A DNA stretch of 32,000 nucleotides, from contig NC_018267.1 in assembly GCF_000306885.1 (NCBI RefSeq), positions 450,001 through 482,000 on the forward strand. The letters run 5' to 3'. Shown in pieces: positions 10,507 to 20,708 of this stretch (the stretch's first letter is position 1; each line of letters starts with the position of its first letter). Both the position numbers and the translations under genes were made by a program. The stretch comes from Wolbachia endosymbiont of Onchocerca ochengi (lineage in GTDB: Bacteria > Pseudomonadota > Alphaproteobacteria > Rickettsiales > Anaplasmataceae). The notes below the pieces were generated by a model. That model had not been told where the DNA came from. It saw only the letters and a program-made list of their open reading frames with translations, and made no database searches.

Positions 10507-13218
10507 GTAGTTAGAAATAGCTATGATAATATCACTACTGCTATTACAGCTTGTTTGAGCAAGTTCAACATTTCCACCACAGTCTCTTCCAGTTATGGTA
10601 GATACTAACTCTTTTGCACTGATTTTATCAGTTAGGTCTTTACTTATTTTTACAATCAGAACTGTTTTATTGGGCTTCTTGTTTAGTGAGAAATTAGCAA
10701 CTTCACTTGGCATTATTTCAGTGTATGTTGCTGGAATGATGGAGGATTGTAAAAGTGTTTTGTTTTTTCCAGTTGCTGTAAAAGCTATTATTGTTTTTGG
10801 TTTTTGTTGTTGCAGGACAAATTCTCTTATTATGTTTACTGGAATGTCAGTAAAAGCATGACTTATAAAATATATCCCATTTATTTTAGTGCTTTTTATG
10901 TTTTCTACTTCTATGAGTTTTTTATAAAGGCTTTTTATTTTAGCTTTGGATTCTTTATATTCTTGATTTAGAATATTTAGTCGGTTTATTATTTCACTTG
11001 TTGGCGCTTTTATGGATTTTGCAACTTTTTTTAAGTTAATTTCATTATTACGTACATAATTAATTGCCTCTTGGCCAGTTAAAGCTTCAATTCTTCTTAT
11101 TCCAGATGCAATAGAACATTCTGTTACTATTTTAAACAAACCAATTTCTCCAGTGCGTTTCACGTGCGTTCCACCACATAATTCTTTCGAATCTCCAATG
11201 TTTACAACTCTAACCTGATTATCATATTTTTTGCCAAACAACGCAATAGCTCCTTCGTTCATTGCCTGATTTATGTTCTGAATTTTTGTAAATGTGGAGA
11301 GGTCTTCTCTTATTAAGGAGTTTATCATATCTTCTATTGAAAATAGCTGATTTTGAGTGATTTGAGTGTTATGACTAAAGTCGAATCTTAATCTATCTGA
11401 TGCAGCTAAGGAGCCTTTTTGGGTAATTTGATCACCTAAGGTTTTTCTCAGTGCAAAGTGCAGAAGATGTGTGGCTGAGTGGTTTCTTCTCAAGCTTTGC
11501 CTTCTTCCTTTATCAATAGTTGCTGTAACTATGTCACCTTTACAAATTGAGCCAGATTTAACTATGCACCTGTGGAAATATAAGTCTTTAATTTTGTTGG
11601 TATTTTCTACTGTAACTATACCTTGAGTAATATAATTTGTAGTGCATGATTGGTTGTTTTTTTTTTGAATCTCAGTGTTTGACACTGGAATGGTAATAAG
11701 TAACTCTCCAATATCCCCTGCTTGTCCACCTGACTCACCATAAAAAGGTGTTTTATCAAGTATGATAGTTACCTTTTCTCCTTTTTGTGCAGAATCAATA
11801 ACTTTGTTTTCAGGGGAGATTATGGCTAGTACTTTTGCATCCTTTGCTTCATTAGAAGTATAACCAATGAATTCTGTTTTGTCAAATTTATTAATCAAAT
11901 CAACCCATGTTTGCTTAACTGACTTTTCACTGGATTCTATCCATTTAACACGTGCCCTTTTTTTCTGTTCTTCCATTGCGTTATTAAAACCTTTTTGGTC
12001 GAAATTTATTTTTCTCTCTTTTAGAAGATCGAGTGTGATATCTAAAGGGAATCCATAAGTGTCATATAACTTAAACGCTGATTTTCCTGATAGAGTATCG
12101 CCTGGTTTTAAATCTGCAGTAAATTTTTCCAAAAGATTAATACCTTTTACTAAAGTATCTTTAAAGTTCTCTTCTTCTGATTTTAACGTCATTTCTATTA
12201 AGCTTTTAGCTCTGATTAACTCAGGGTAAACATCTCCCATATAAGCTGAGCTTGAACTATCTATTAACACCGGAAAAATGTGATGAAGAAGGGGGTTGTT
12301 ATATCCAAGCTGGTGGATATAACGTGCAGCTCTCCTGATTAATCTGCGTAACACATAGTTTCTACCTTCACTTCCAGGAAGTATTCCTTCTGCAATTAGA
12401 AATGCAGCTGAACGAAGATGGTCTGCGATAATCTTATGAGCTACTTTATTTTTTATATTTCCACAATATTCTTGTGATTTACTTATTATAGCAGAAAATA
12501 GATCAATATCATAATTATCGTGAACGTTTTGCATCACAGCAGCTATTCTCTCAAGACCCATTCCAGTATCGATGCATTTTTTTTGCAATTTTTGTAAATT
12601 GCCTTCTTCATCCTTGTTAAATTCCATGAATACCAAATTCCAGATTTCAACAATTCTATCATCGTCTTGTAAGCTGGACTCTGCATGATCGTAAAAAATT
12701 TCAGAACATGGCCCACATGGGCCAGTATTGCCCATGCTCCAGAAATTATCGTCTGTTGTAATTCTTATGATTTTGTCATTCGAAAAACCGCTTATTTTAT
12801 GCCAAATCTCATATGATTCATCATCAGTATGATAAATAGTTATGGATAATCTGCTTTTATCAAGAGATAGTTCTTCAGTAATAAATTTCCATGCGAGTTC
12901 TATTGCTGTTTCTTTGAAGTAATCACCAAAGCTGAAGTTCCCAAGCATTTCAAAGAATGTGTGATGTCTAGTTGTATAACCAACGTTTTCTAGATCATTA
13001 TGTTTACCGCCAGCCCTTAGGCACTTTTGACTCGAAACAGCACGTTCTAATTCATTTTTTTGTAAATCAGTGAAGCAGTTTTTAAACTGTACCATACCAG
13101 CATTTGTGAACATGAGTGTTGGGTCATGCTCTAGAATTAAAGGAGAGGAAGGAATCTGCTTGTGATTATTATTTACAAAAAATTTTATAAACCTTTCCCT
13201 AATTTCGTTTAGCTTCAT
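10495..13218 (-). CDS. alaS: Alanine--tRNA ligase
   Basis: 907 aa. [70 protein letters not shown], and [13 protein letters not shown]. Confidence 0.97.
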   Translation of the reverse strand: MKLNEIRERFIKFFVNNNHKQIPSSPLILEHDPTLMFTNAGMVQFKNCFTDLQKNELERAVSSQKCLRAGGKHNDLENVGYTTRHHTFFEMLGNFSFGDYFKETAIELAWKFITEELSLDKSRLSITIYHTDDESYEIWHKISGFSNDKIIRITTDDNFWSMGNTGPCGPCSEIFYDHAESSLQDDDRIVEIWNLVFMEFNKDEEGNLQKLQKKCIDTGMGLERIAAVMQNVHDNYDIDLFSAIISKSQEYCGNIKNKVAHKIIADHLRSAAFLIAEGILPGSEGRNYVLRRLIRRAARYIHQLGYNNPLLHHIFPVLIDSSSSAYMGDVYPELIRAKSLIEMTLKSEEENFKDTLVKGINLLEKFTADLKPGDTLSGKSAFKLYDTYGFPLDITLDLLKERKINFDQKGFNNAMEEQKKRARVKWIESSEKSVKQTWVDLINKFDKTEFIGYTSNEAKDAKVLAIISPENKVIDSAQKGEKVTIILDKTPFYGESGGQAGDIGELLITIPVSNTEIQKKNNQSCTTNYITQGIVTVENTNKIKDLYFHRCIVKSGSICKGDIVTATIDKGRRQSLRRNHSATHLLHFALRKTLGDQITQKGSLAASDRLRFDFSHNTQITQNQLFSIEDMINSLIREDLSTFTKIQNINQAMNEGAIALFGKKYDNQVRVVNIGDSKELCGGTHVKRTGEIGLFKIVTECSIASGIRRIEALTGQEAINYVRNNEINLKKVAKSIKAPTSEIINRLNILNQEYKESKAKIKSLYKKLIEVENIKSTKINGIYFISHAFTDIPVNIIREFVLQQQKPKTIIAFTATGKNKTLLQSSIIPATYTEIMPSEVANFSLNKKPNKTVLIVKISKDLTDKISAKELVSTITGRDCGGNVELAQTSCNSSSDIIIAISNYLAR

Positions 13219-14258
13219 CGTTTTATTGAAGTTATTTATGAATAATAAGTTGTAATGAGGATAAAAATCAATGTATCGATCTATATTTAATATATATTAT
13301 TTAGTGTAACAGAAATTATCTTTAGATAAAGATTTTAGTAAAAAGGTTGTACTTTCAGGTGGTTTATCTCTAGTATAAAAAGATGTTTGTTAATTTGAGT
13401 AATATTTTCATAAATTAATTTGGAGAGTATAAAATATCTATGAAATTATTACCAGGCAATGTAAGATAGATATGGACTAATGAAAGGTTAAATTGATTTA
13501 ATCATTTAATTGTAAGCGATGAAGTAAAAATTAATTGTTCTTTTATGTTTAGTATTTATGTAATTTTTCAAATTGAAGTAAGCGGGTAAGGATCATAAAA
13601 AATTTTATGATATTTAGTAATCTCAATAATCGATGATTAGTAAATTTTACAATAAATTGCCTAGCACTAATACTGGTTAAGTTAAGTAGTAAAGCATAGC
13701 CTATATCCTTAGTAGGAACAAAGAACGTTAAGCATGGTACTTATAGTAGTAAAGATTTAATACAATAAAAGAAGAGATAAGTGCTACTGAAAATATGCAA
13801 GGTAGCCAATGACCAATTGTGGAAAGTGTTAGAATTGATAATACAACAGCAAAGTCATCTTATTTTAATAAATTAGAAGAGTCCACTATTGAAGGAGTCA
13901 AGTATATGGTACAGGCTATTAGGGGAGTTAATGTTACTAATATTATAATAACAAAATTTTCTAATTTAAATCAACGGAAAGAGTCTATTGCTAGAAAGAT
14001 TAACTGTGGAAATGTGTGAAAATAGAGTGAATATATCATATAGAATTAGCTTCTTTAAAACAGTAAGAGGTTTTACTTTGCATTGAATGAAATGAGCGAG
14101 GAAATTAGAGGTATAATGAAAGGAAAAAAGGTTTAATACTAATAAGAATTGCGGTTGAAAATGTAATAGATATTGTTTTTCATTTTAATAACTTTACATC
14201 AGGAATTATGCTAGTATCTAGATAATATGGATAAAATGTTACCTAAATTGCAGATTAA

Positions 14259-14507
14259 CCGGTAGTTGCTGGAGTAATGGTAATAAAATTATTAAACACT
14301 AAGTGCTTATATTGAATGCCAGAGGTACTGGGAGTATTAGTAGCTACTATTATAGGTTTTTTAGAATATTAACTTGATATAGAAGTGGATAGGAGAAAAG
14401 ATGGTTACAATGATAAAAAAGCATTGTGAGAGGAAAGAGATAAGGTGTTGACTGAAGAGTATAATTCTTTGCTTAATTGAAATGAGCATCGAGCTAGAAA
14501 CACATAG
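14259..14507 (+). pseudogene. Possible degenerate coding remnant with a membrane-anchor-like segment
   Basis: One frame is interrupted by isolated stops but otherwise coding-like: ...VMVIKLLNTKCLY*MPEVLGVLVATIIGFLEY*LDIEVDRRKDGYNDKKAL*EERDKVLTEEYNSLLN*NEHRARNT*. Confidence 0.35.
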
Positions 14508-16081
14508 GTCTTTTTGGCTTGATATTTAATCGATATATAAAAGCTACTATACTTATACTCTGTTTACAAATTTTGTGAAGATATTAAATTAAAAAGATAA
14601 AGGATACAGTGATAGTTTAAGCAAGTTGAAGTGCATATGAAATCTATAGTATGTACTTCAGGAGGATTTTGTTTACAAAGTAATCAATTTTATTCTATAA
14701 AATTACTATAGAATCTAAGCATTACCTTGAAACTTGGACGCTTTTAAACGAGAATAGGTTATAAGAGCACATTCTCTTGTTATTTTGATTTAATTAACTC
14801 ACATTATTCATCATTTTTGATTAACTAATATAATTTGTTGCTAACTTTATGGAGAGGTTTTGTAATCTGATGAAAGTAATTGAAAAGGAAGTAATTCCTT
14901 AGTGTTTCTTTGCTGTATCTAGGGGATAATATTAAGTGTTAAGTTTTCTTTTAAATATCAATTTTTAAAAGTATTTTTATGTTTTTTAATATTTTAAGCA
15001 ATCTGTAACGTCTGATATCATGTATCTTGATGGTTGAAGCCTTCTCTCTTGTATTCGCTAATCATGTTTTTTACTTTGAGTTGCGATCAAGTTCCTTTAT
15101 TTCGACTTTCTTCGTATTATTCAGCATTTTTTTTATTCATATTGAAATCTGATATAATCTAGTGTCAGGCACGTTTACAACAACTATGTGCTTAACATCA
15201 TGTTCATTTAGAACTTTAAGAGTAATATATTTCACCTCTTATTCTGTGTTTTCTTCTCTTTGGTATTGTATGAAAAATAAATATTTTTTTTGCTCTATTT
15301 TTCTAAATAATATCTCATTCATGTATCTAATTGCTTAGCTAAGCGAAATTTGTAAAAAAATAAGAATATTAGTTAAATTATATAATTTTTACAATTTCTG
15401 ACATAAAACTTCTTTTTATGACTAAACCATCTATAAACTCAGCTTTGAGGTAAAGTTATTGCTGTAGAGTGAAACTACTTAATATGGTTATTAATATCTC
15501 TGTTTTATATAGATCGATATGTATTGCGTGTAATTTAAAACGTTGTAGTTCCTGAATTGTTAATAAGGTTTAATATAGGAGTAATAGATATAGAACAATT
15601 TTATGAGGTTATATTATATAGGGTATTGTTTTAGCATCTACTCCTATAAATATTCTTCTAGATAGGTTTACTTACAAGGTTTATTGGACCAGTTTGTATT
15701 AACATCTAGTTGAAACATTGAAAGACTTTGTAAATGTATGATCCGCAACATTCTTGTATGAAATGTATGCTACAGACAGCTATATTATATATAGCATTTA
15801 AAAATGTGTATTGATAGGTTTTGGCTTTTAGCATTTATTGTTTCTTTATATTTTGGCAGAGAACTTAATTAAGTACTGTAAGATAATAATTTTTATGCTA
15901 TGATCATGGTATTTGTGTCTGTTTTGGATAGTTTCATCAATAGAATTGGTGAATGGTGTGATATTTATGCAGGTATCGTAATAATTTGGTTGATTCCCTA
16001 GATTGTGTTGCTTTTAGTATTATCAGAAATAGAAAAGAATCATAATATTTTCAGTTTGAGAAAAATGATTGAGGGTTGTAA

Positions 16082-16483
16082 AAGGTTATTATCAAGTGTA
16101 AAACTTACTGTGCCATTTTTATACTGAGTCTCTTTTCTGTTGCTTATATATCGTTTATCACTTATGGAATTTTTTTGGTTTATTTAGCACTATTTTGTGC
16201 CCTACATTAAGATACAAATAGTTTTAGGGGTGTTTCTTAAGTGTTGGTCTAATTGCAGGCAATGTTTTTCAAAAACTTGGAGCGAGATGGTGTAAGATTT
16301 TTATGGTATAAGCGGGATTACTATTGGATCTCTCTATTACTTTTTAACATTTAGTATAATTATATTCAATACTTATATTTAGTAGTATTACCTATGGTTG
16401 TTGTTCTGTGTATTGGTTATAAAGTTTATCAAATAGTGCCTTTGACATATTATTGGATCATTTCTATGAAATTAGAGGTATAA
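16082..16483 (+). pseudogene. Degenerate multi-pass membrane protein remnant
   Basis: 16082-16210 reads KVIIKCKTYCAIFILSLFSVAYISFITYGIFLVYLALFCALH*. 16262-16483 reads MFFKNLERDGVRFLWYKRDYYWISLLLFNI*YNYIQYLYLVVLPMVVVLCIGYKVYQIVPLTYYWIISMKLEV*, with one internal TAG at 16352. Confidence 0.5.
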
Positions 16484-16674
16484 ACTTCCTTCACAGTTTC
16501 ATTTATCAAATTTTTTGTCATGACTATTTTTATCAACTCAACAAGCTGTATTTATAATGGTAAGTAATCAGTGTAGCTGTCTATGTTTTTCTCAAGTAGT
16601 GCTGGAACTCATTTTTACTGCTTGTTTGTTGCCTTTAAAGGATAAGGTGTGATTAATTATAGATGTATAGGTAA

Positions 16675-17754
16675 TTAATTTTCTCCTGCTAACCTTTCTG
16701 CTTCGTTACGTGAAATTAATGCTTCAATAAATTCATCTAGCTCGCCTTCTTTTATAATCTGCTCTAGCCGATGTGAAGTCAGATTAATTCTATGGTCTGT
16801 TATTCTTGATTGTGGAAAATTGTAAGTTCTTATACGTTCAGAACGATCTCCAGAACCAATTTGACTTTTTCTCATTGTTGATCTTTCTATCTTTTTTTTT
16901 TGCCTTTCAATTTCGTATAGCCTTGCTCTCAATACTTTAAACGCCTTTGCCTTATTTTTGTGCTGCGATTTTTCGTCTTGTTGTATTACAACTATTCCTG
17001 TTGGTAAATGAGTAACTCTTACTGCACTGTCAGTTGTGTTGACTGATTGTCCACCGGGGCCGCTAGACCTGTAAACGTCTATTCGTAAATCTTTCTCTTC
17101 TATTTTAAAATCGACTTCCTCAACTTCTGGTAATATTGCAACAGTAGCTGCTGAAGTGTGTAGCCTTCCTGAGGATTCAGTTTCTGGTACTCGCTGTACT
17201 CTGTGTACTCCTGATTCAAATTTCAGCCTTGCGAAGACTTCTGTTCCATTAACAAGTGCAGAAGCTTCCTTGTAGCCACCTATGCCTGTACTAGAAATGT
17301 TTATTGGTTCAAATTTCCAGTTTCTTTTTTCTGCATACTTTTGGTACATGCGGAATAACATCGCTGCAAATAACGCTGCTTCTTCTCCTCCTGTGCCTGC
17401 TCTAATTTCTAGTATTGCATTTCTTGAATCATCTTCATCTGTCGGTAGTAGTGCTAATTTTAGCTTAGCTTTTACTTTTGGTAATAATACTTTTTGTTTC
17501 TCGAGAAATTCTTCTTTTGCTAACTCTTTTATGTCATATTCACTGTTTTCATCTTTTAATATTTCCTTTAAATCTGAAATTTCTTTTTTCAGCGTGTTGT
17601 ATTCATCAATTATTTTGATAATTGGTCTGAGTTCAGAATATTCTTTTGAGAAATTGATAAATTCTTTTTGACTTAAGTTGATAGGATTTCCTAATTTTCT
17701 TTCTATGTCATTAAACTTTTTCTTTAAATCTTGTAAATTGTTTTCTATGTCCAT
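16675..17754 (-). CDS. prfA: Peptide chain release factor 1
   Basis: [23 protein letters not shown], the GGQ motif [25 protein letters not shown], and [19 protein letters not shown]. The ORF extends to 17796, but the ATG at 17754 ([14 protein letters not shown]) looks like the better start. Confidence 0.95.
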   Translation of the reverse strand: MDIENNLQDLKKKFNDIERKLGNPINLSQKEFINFSKEYSELRPIIKIIDEYNTLKKEISDLKEILKDENSEYDIKELAKEEFLEKQKVLLPKVKAKLKLALLPTDEDDSRNAILEIRAGTGGEEAALFAAMLFRMYQKYAEKRNWKFEPINISSTGIGGYKEASALVNGTEVFARLKFESGVHRVQRVPETESSGRLHTSAATVAILPEVEEVDFKIEEKDLRIDVYRSSGPGGQSVNTTDSAVRVTHLPTGIVVIQQDEKSQHKNKAKAFKVLRARLYEIERQKKKIERSTMRKSQIGSGDRSERIRTYNFPQSRITDHRINLTSHRLEQIIKEGELDEFIEALISRNEAERLAGEN

Positions 17755-17883
17755 ATAGCTTAAGTCTAATATTTTAACTACCTTAGTAAATAACATATAC
17801 TTGAAATAAAAAATTTTTTACATCAAGCAATAACATTATAATATACATACTACCTTAGATATTTCTATAATAGTGCAAGAAAG

Positions 17884-18465
17884 ATGACATCAAATAGCAA
17901 TTTTATATTTGGAGCTTCAGACATAAAATCCCTGCCAGGTGAGTCAGTTCCGGAGATTGCGTTTGCCGGTAGATCAAATGTAGGGAAATCGAGCTTAATT
18001 AACCTGCTTATAAACAGTAAAAAAGCTGCCAGAGTTTCTTCTAAACCTGGGTGTACTAGGCAAGTAAATTTTTATTCTATGTATAATGATAAGTTTAGAC
18101 TTGTTGATTTGCCAGGGTATGGCTATTCTTGTGCAAGCAAAGAAGAAACAATACAGTATCTGAACCTAAGTGAGTATTATTTAGCTCAAAGAAGAAGCCT
18201 AAAAAGAGTGTTTGTGTTGGTAGATAGTAAAGTAGGACTAAAAGAAATAGACAAAGACTTTATTTATTGGTTAATATACAACAATATTAACTTTGATATT
18301 GTGCTAACAAAAGTAGACAAAGTAAGTCAAAAAAATCTCGATGCAATTTTAGAAAGCACTCAAAAATGGGTTAATAATGAGAATGTATCAATTCATCAAA
18401 TGAGCACCCGTGTTAAATGTAAAATAACCAAGGTAAGAGATGAATTTTTCAAGTTTACAAAATGA
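17884..18465 (+). CDS. engB: Ribosome biogenesis GTP-binding protein (YsxC/EngB/YihA family)
   Basis: G1 AFAGRSNVGKSSLINLL, G3 LVDLPGYGY and G4 LTKVDK; 193 aa, typical for the family. Confidence 0.93.
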   Translation: MTSNSNFIFGASDIKSLPGESVPEIAFAGRSNVGKSSLINLLINSKKAARVSSKPGCTRQVNFYSMYNDKFRLVDLPGYGYSCASKEETIQYLNLSEYYLAQRRSLKRVFVLVDSKVGLKEIDKDFIYWLIYNNINFDIVLTKVDKVSQKNLDAILESTQKWVNNENVSIHQMSTRVKCKITKVRDEFFKFTK

Positions 18466-19378
18466 AAAGATGAAAAGCAGTGAATTTTCAAATGGTAAGA
18501 TATCATTTAAACAAAAAACAGAAATATTGCTTGAAGTGCTATCTAATATACCCAACTTTGTAGGGGAAACTTTTGTCATCAGATGTGGTGGTGTGGTAAT
18601 TTCAGATGAAACACTGTTTAGTACTTTTATACATAATATTGTCTTGCTGAAACAGCTTGGTATAAACCCAGTTATAGTTCATGACGGGGAGCGTGAAATT
18701 GATTCTGTGCTGAAAATCTTAGGCATAGGTAGTAAGTTTGTGAATAATATCAGACTTACGGACAAAGACACTATGAAAATTATTGAAATGGCGTTATGTG
18801 GTTCAGTTAATAAAAAAATTGTTCAGCACATAAATTCTGCTGGTGGTTCAGCTATTGGATTGTGTGGAAAAGATGGTAACCTGATAAAGGCTGAAAAAGT
18901 AAGCACTACCCTTAAAGAAAATGGGTCAGACAATATTGAAAGAATATTAGATATGGGATTTATTGGTATACCGATTGAGATTAATCCTGATATATTGTTT
19001 TTTATTGAGGAATCAGATTTTATACCGGTTATTGCACCTGTTGGTCATGGAAGAAGTGGAGAAACATATCACATCGATGCTGATAGTGCTGCAAGTGCGA
19101 TAGCAATTGCAGTTTCTGCATCTAAAATGATAACCTTTAGTGATACAGAAGAAATAGATAAAATTGGTAGCAGGAGGATATCTATTAAAAATTTAAATAC
19201 ATCAATTAACTGTGGTAAAATTAGGGGAGAAAGGCTTATTGAAAAACTTATAGCGTGCACTAAAATGGTAGAAGAATGTGCTGGAACTGCGCATATAGTT
19301 GATGGTAGAATACCTAATGTTATGATTGATTTATTTACTGAGAATAATTCGAGTATATCGGTTATGAGTGATTTGTAG
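18440..19378 (+). CDS. argB: Acetylglutamate kinase-like protein (ArgB family), motif-degenerate
   Basis: The amino-acid-kinase fold signature resembles ArgB: GINPVIVHDG, ALCGSVNKKIVQHINSAGGSAIGLCGKDG, YHIDADSAASAIAIAVSA, and GTAHIVDGRIPNVMIDLFT. An in-frame ATG at 18470 is an alternative start that would remove the overlap with engB. Confidence 0.75.
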   Translation: MNFSSLQNEKMKSSEFSNGKISFKQKTEILLEVLSNIPNFVGETFVIRCGGVVISDETLFSTFIHNIVLLKQLGINPVIVHDGEREIDSVLKILGIGSKFVNNIRLTDKDTMKIIEMALCGSVNKKIVQHINSAGGSAIGLCGKDGNLIKAEKVSTTLKENGSDNIERILDMGFIGIPIEINPDILFFIEESDFIPVIAPVGHGRSGETYHIDADSAASAIAIAVSASKMITFSDTEEIDKIGSRRISIKNLNTSINCGKIRGERLIEKLIACTKMVEECAGTAHIVDGRIPNVMIDLFTENNSSISVMSDL

Positions 19379-19444
19379 CTGAGCATTAATTACTGTGACA
19401 TATTACTTTTATGGATATACAGTTTATATATTACGATTTAGCTT

Positions 19445-19912
19445 TTGGTGGATAGAGTGCAAAAAATTGAAGTAGAGATAAGGAAATTATTACATGGAGA
19501 GGGTTTGCCTCTTCCATGCTACACAACTGCGCAGAGTGCTGGTATGGATCTTTATGCAGCACTGGGTAATTTTGTGATTTTAAATCCGCTTGAAAGGTTG
19601 CTGATTCCAACTGGAATTGTAATTGCAATACCGAATGGTTTTGAGGGACAAATTCGCCCACGTTCTGGCCTTGCTGCGAAACATGGAATTACTGTCTTAA
19701 ATTCTCCTGGTACTGTAGATTCTGATTATCGAGGTGAAGTTAAAGTTTGCTTAATTAATCTAAGCAACCAACCGTATGAAATAAGAAGGGGAGATAGGAT
19801 TGCACAAATTCTTGTTACTCCTATATCTTGGATAGTTTGGAATAATACAGAAGAGTTTTACATGGAAGAAACTGACCGAAATGCAAGCGGTTTTGGTTCA
19901 AGTGGTAGATAG
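19445..19912 (+). CDS. dut: Deoxyuridine 5'-triphosphate nucleotidohydrolase (dUTPase)
   Basis: AGMDLYA, RPRSGLA, NSPGTVDSDYRGEVKVCLIN, RRGDRIAQ, and the C-terminal NASGFGSSGR. The called start is TTG. Confidence 0.95.
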   Translation: MVDRVQKIEVEIRKLLHGEGLPLPCYTTAQSAGMDLYAALGNFVILNPLERLLIPTGIVIAIPNGFEGQIRPRSGLAAKHGITVLNSPGTVDSDYRGEVKVCLINLSNQPYEIRRGDRIAQILVTPISWIVWNNTEEFYMEETDRNASGFGSSGR

Positions 19913-19958
19913 TTTATGTAAACGTTGTCTCTCAATCGGGTTTGACGTGAAAAATTTC

Positions 19959-19985
19959 TTGACTGAGGTAGTTTTTACATATAGT
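19959..19985 (+). promoter_or_regulatory. Possible sigma70-type promoter for the 210-aa membrane-protein gene
   Basis: TTGACT (19959-19964) followed after 15 nt by TATAGT (19980-19985), 35 nt upstream of the ATG. The spacing is suboptimal; TAGTTT at 17 nt is an alternative -10. Confidence 0.3.
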
Positions 19986-20020
19986 TTTAGTATATTAATG
20001 ATTTATCAAAGAGGTTAATA

Positions 20021-20653
20021 ATGTCAATTTTTAGGAATCATCGTGGTCAACTTCGCAAAATGAATGTAGCTCTTGTAGCACTTACTTCTCTATATGTTGT
20101 AGGTGCAACAGCAGCATTTTCAGCACCACATTGGGTATCTTCGACTTCAGCTTTAACTCCGCTTGCAGCTTTCGCAGCTACACCACTTGGAATAGGTATA
20201 TTAGCAACTGTTGCTGTTGCACTAGTTGGTTTAGCGATGTATGCTATCAGTAAAAATAATAAAATATCTGAGTTGGAAGCTATGAAGTTTGTTGTTGATA
20301 GCGGTAATGTAAAGCTGCAAGTGACAAAGAAGGAGTTTGAGTATATAAAAAGAAATAATAAAAATAGGGATAAAGATGGAAGGATTGTAGAAGGTGAGTA
20401 TCGTATAGATTTTGCTAACTCAGAGGGTAAGGAATGCTATGTTATTGTTACAAGCGAGAAGAGCCAAGAAATGGGTAATACTTTGCTCTTAAATATAAGT
20501 TCATTAAATATGAAAAGTAATGAAGGTAAATATGTAGCTCAAACTGACATGTCGAAGACATTAGGGTTAGATAGAGCGGGTGCTAAAGAGTTTAATACTT
20601 ATTTGAACTCAGTTATCATTGGACAGACTGTAGATCAAGAACAAGCAAAGTAA
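20021..20653 (+). CDS. Hypothetical small membrane protein (210 aa) with N-terminal hydrophobic segments
   Basis: Complete ORF with MNVALVALTSLYVVGATAAFSAP and TPLGIGILATVAVALVGLAMYAI hydrophobic segments and a soluble C-terminal part. A strong terminator follows immediately downstream. Confidence 0.85.
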   Translation: MSIFRNHRGQLRKMNVALVALTSLYVVGATAAFSAPHWVSSTSALTPLAAFAATPLGIGILATVAVALVGLAMYAISKNNKISELEAMKFVVDSGNVKLQVTKKEFEYIKRNNKNRDKDGRIVEGEYRIDFANSEGKECYVIVTSEKSQEMGNTLLLNISSLNMKSNEGKYVAQTDMSKTLGLDRAGAKEFNTYLNSVIIGQTVDQEQAK

Positions 20654-20671
20654 GCAGTATAGCTAAGCAAG

Positions 20672-20708
20672 AAAGAGGTAGTCTTGATCTACCTCTTTTG
20701 TCTTTTTG
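20672..20708 (+). terminator. Rho-independent terminator-like hairpin downstream of the 210-aa protein gene
   Basis: AAAGAGGTAG-tcttgat-CTACCTCTTT: perfect 10-bp stem with a 7-nt loop, followed by TGTCTTTTT. Confidence 0.85.

Noticed and set aside
10595-12058. 88-aa and 63-aa ORFs opposite alaS
   Set aside because: Antisense shadows of alaS.
13250-16650. Searched the large gap for tRNA, CRISPR, transposase or phage signatures
   Set aside because: No T-arm/anticodon-like cloverleaf, regularly spaced direct repeats or recognisable transposase motif was seen by eye. A tRNAscan/Infernal run would be needed to exclude small RNAs.
17282-17671. 129-aa + ORF
   Set aside because: Antisense to prfA; the Ser/Phe-rich content reflects the reverse complement of Lys/Glu codons.
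18388-19386. 63-aa and 105-aa minus ORFs
   Set aside because: Antisense to engB/argB-like; no independent support.
19431-19661. 76-aa minus ORF
   Set aside because: Antisense to dut.
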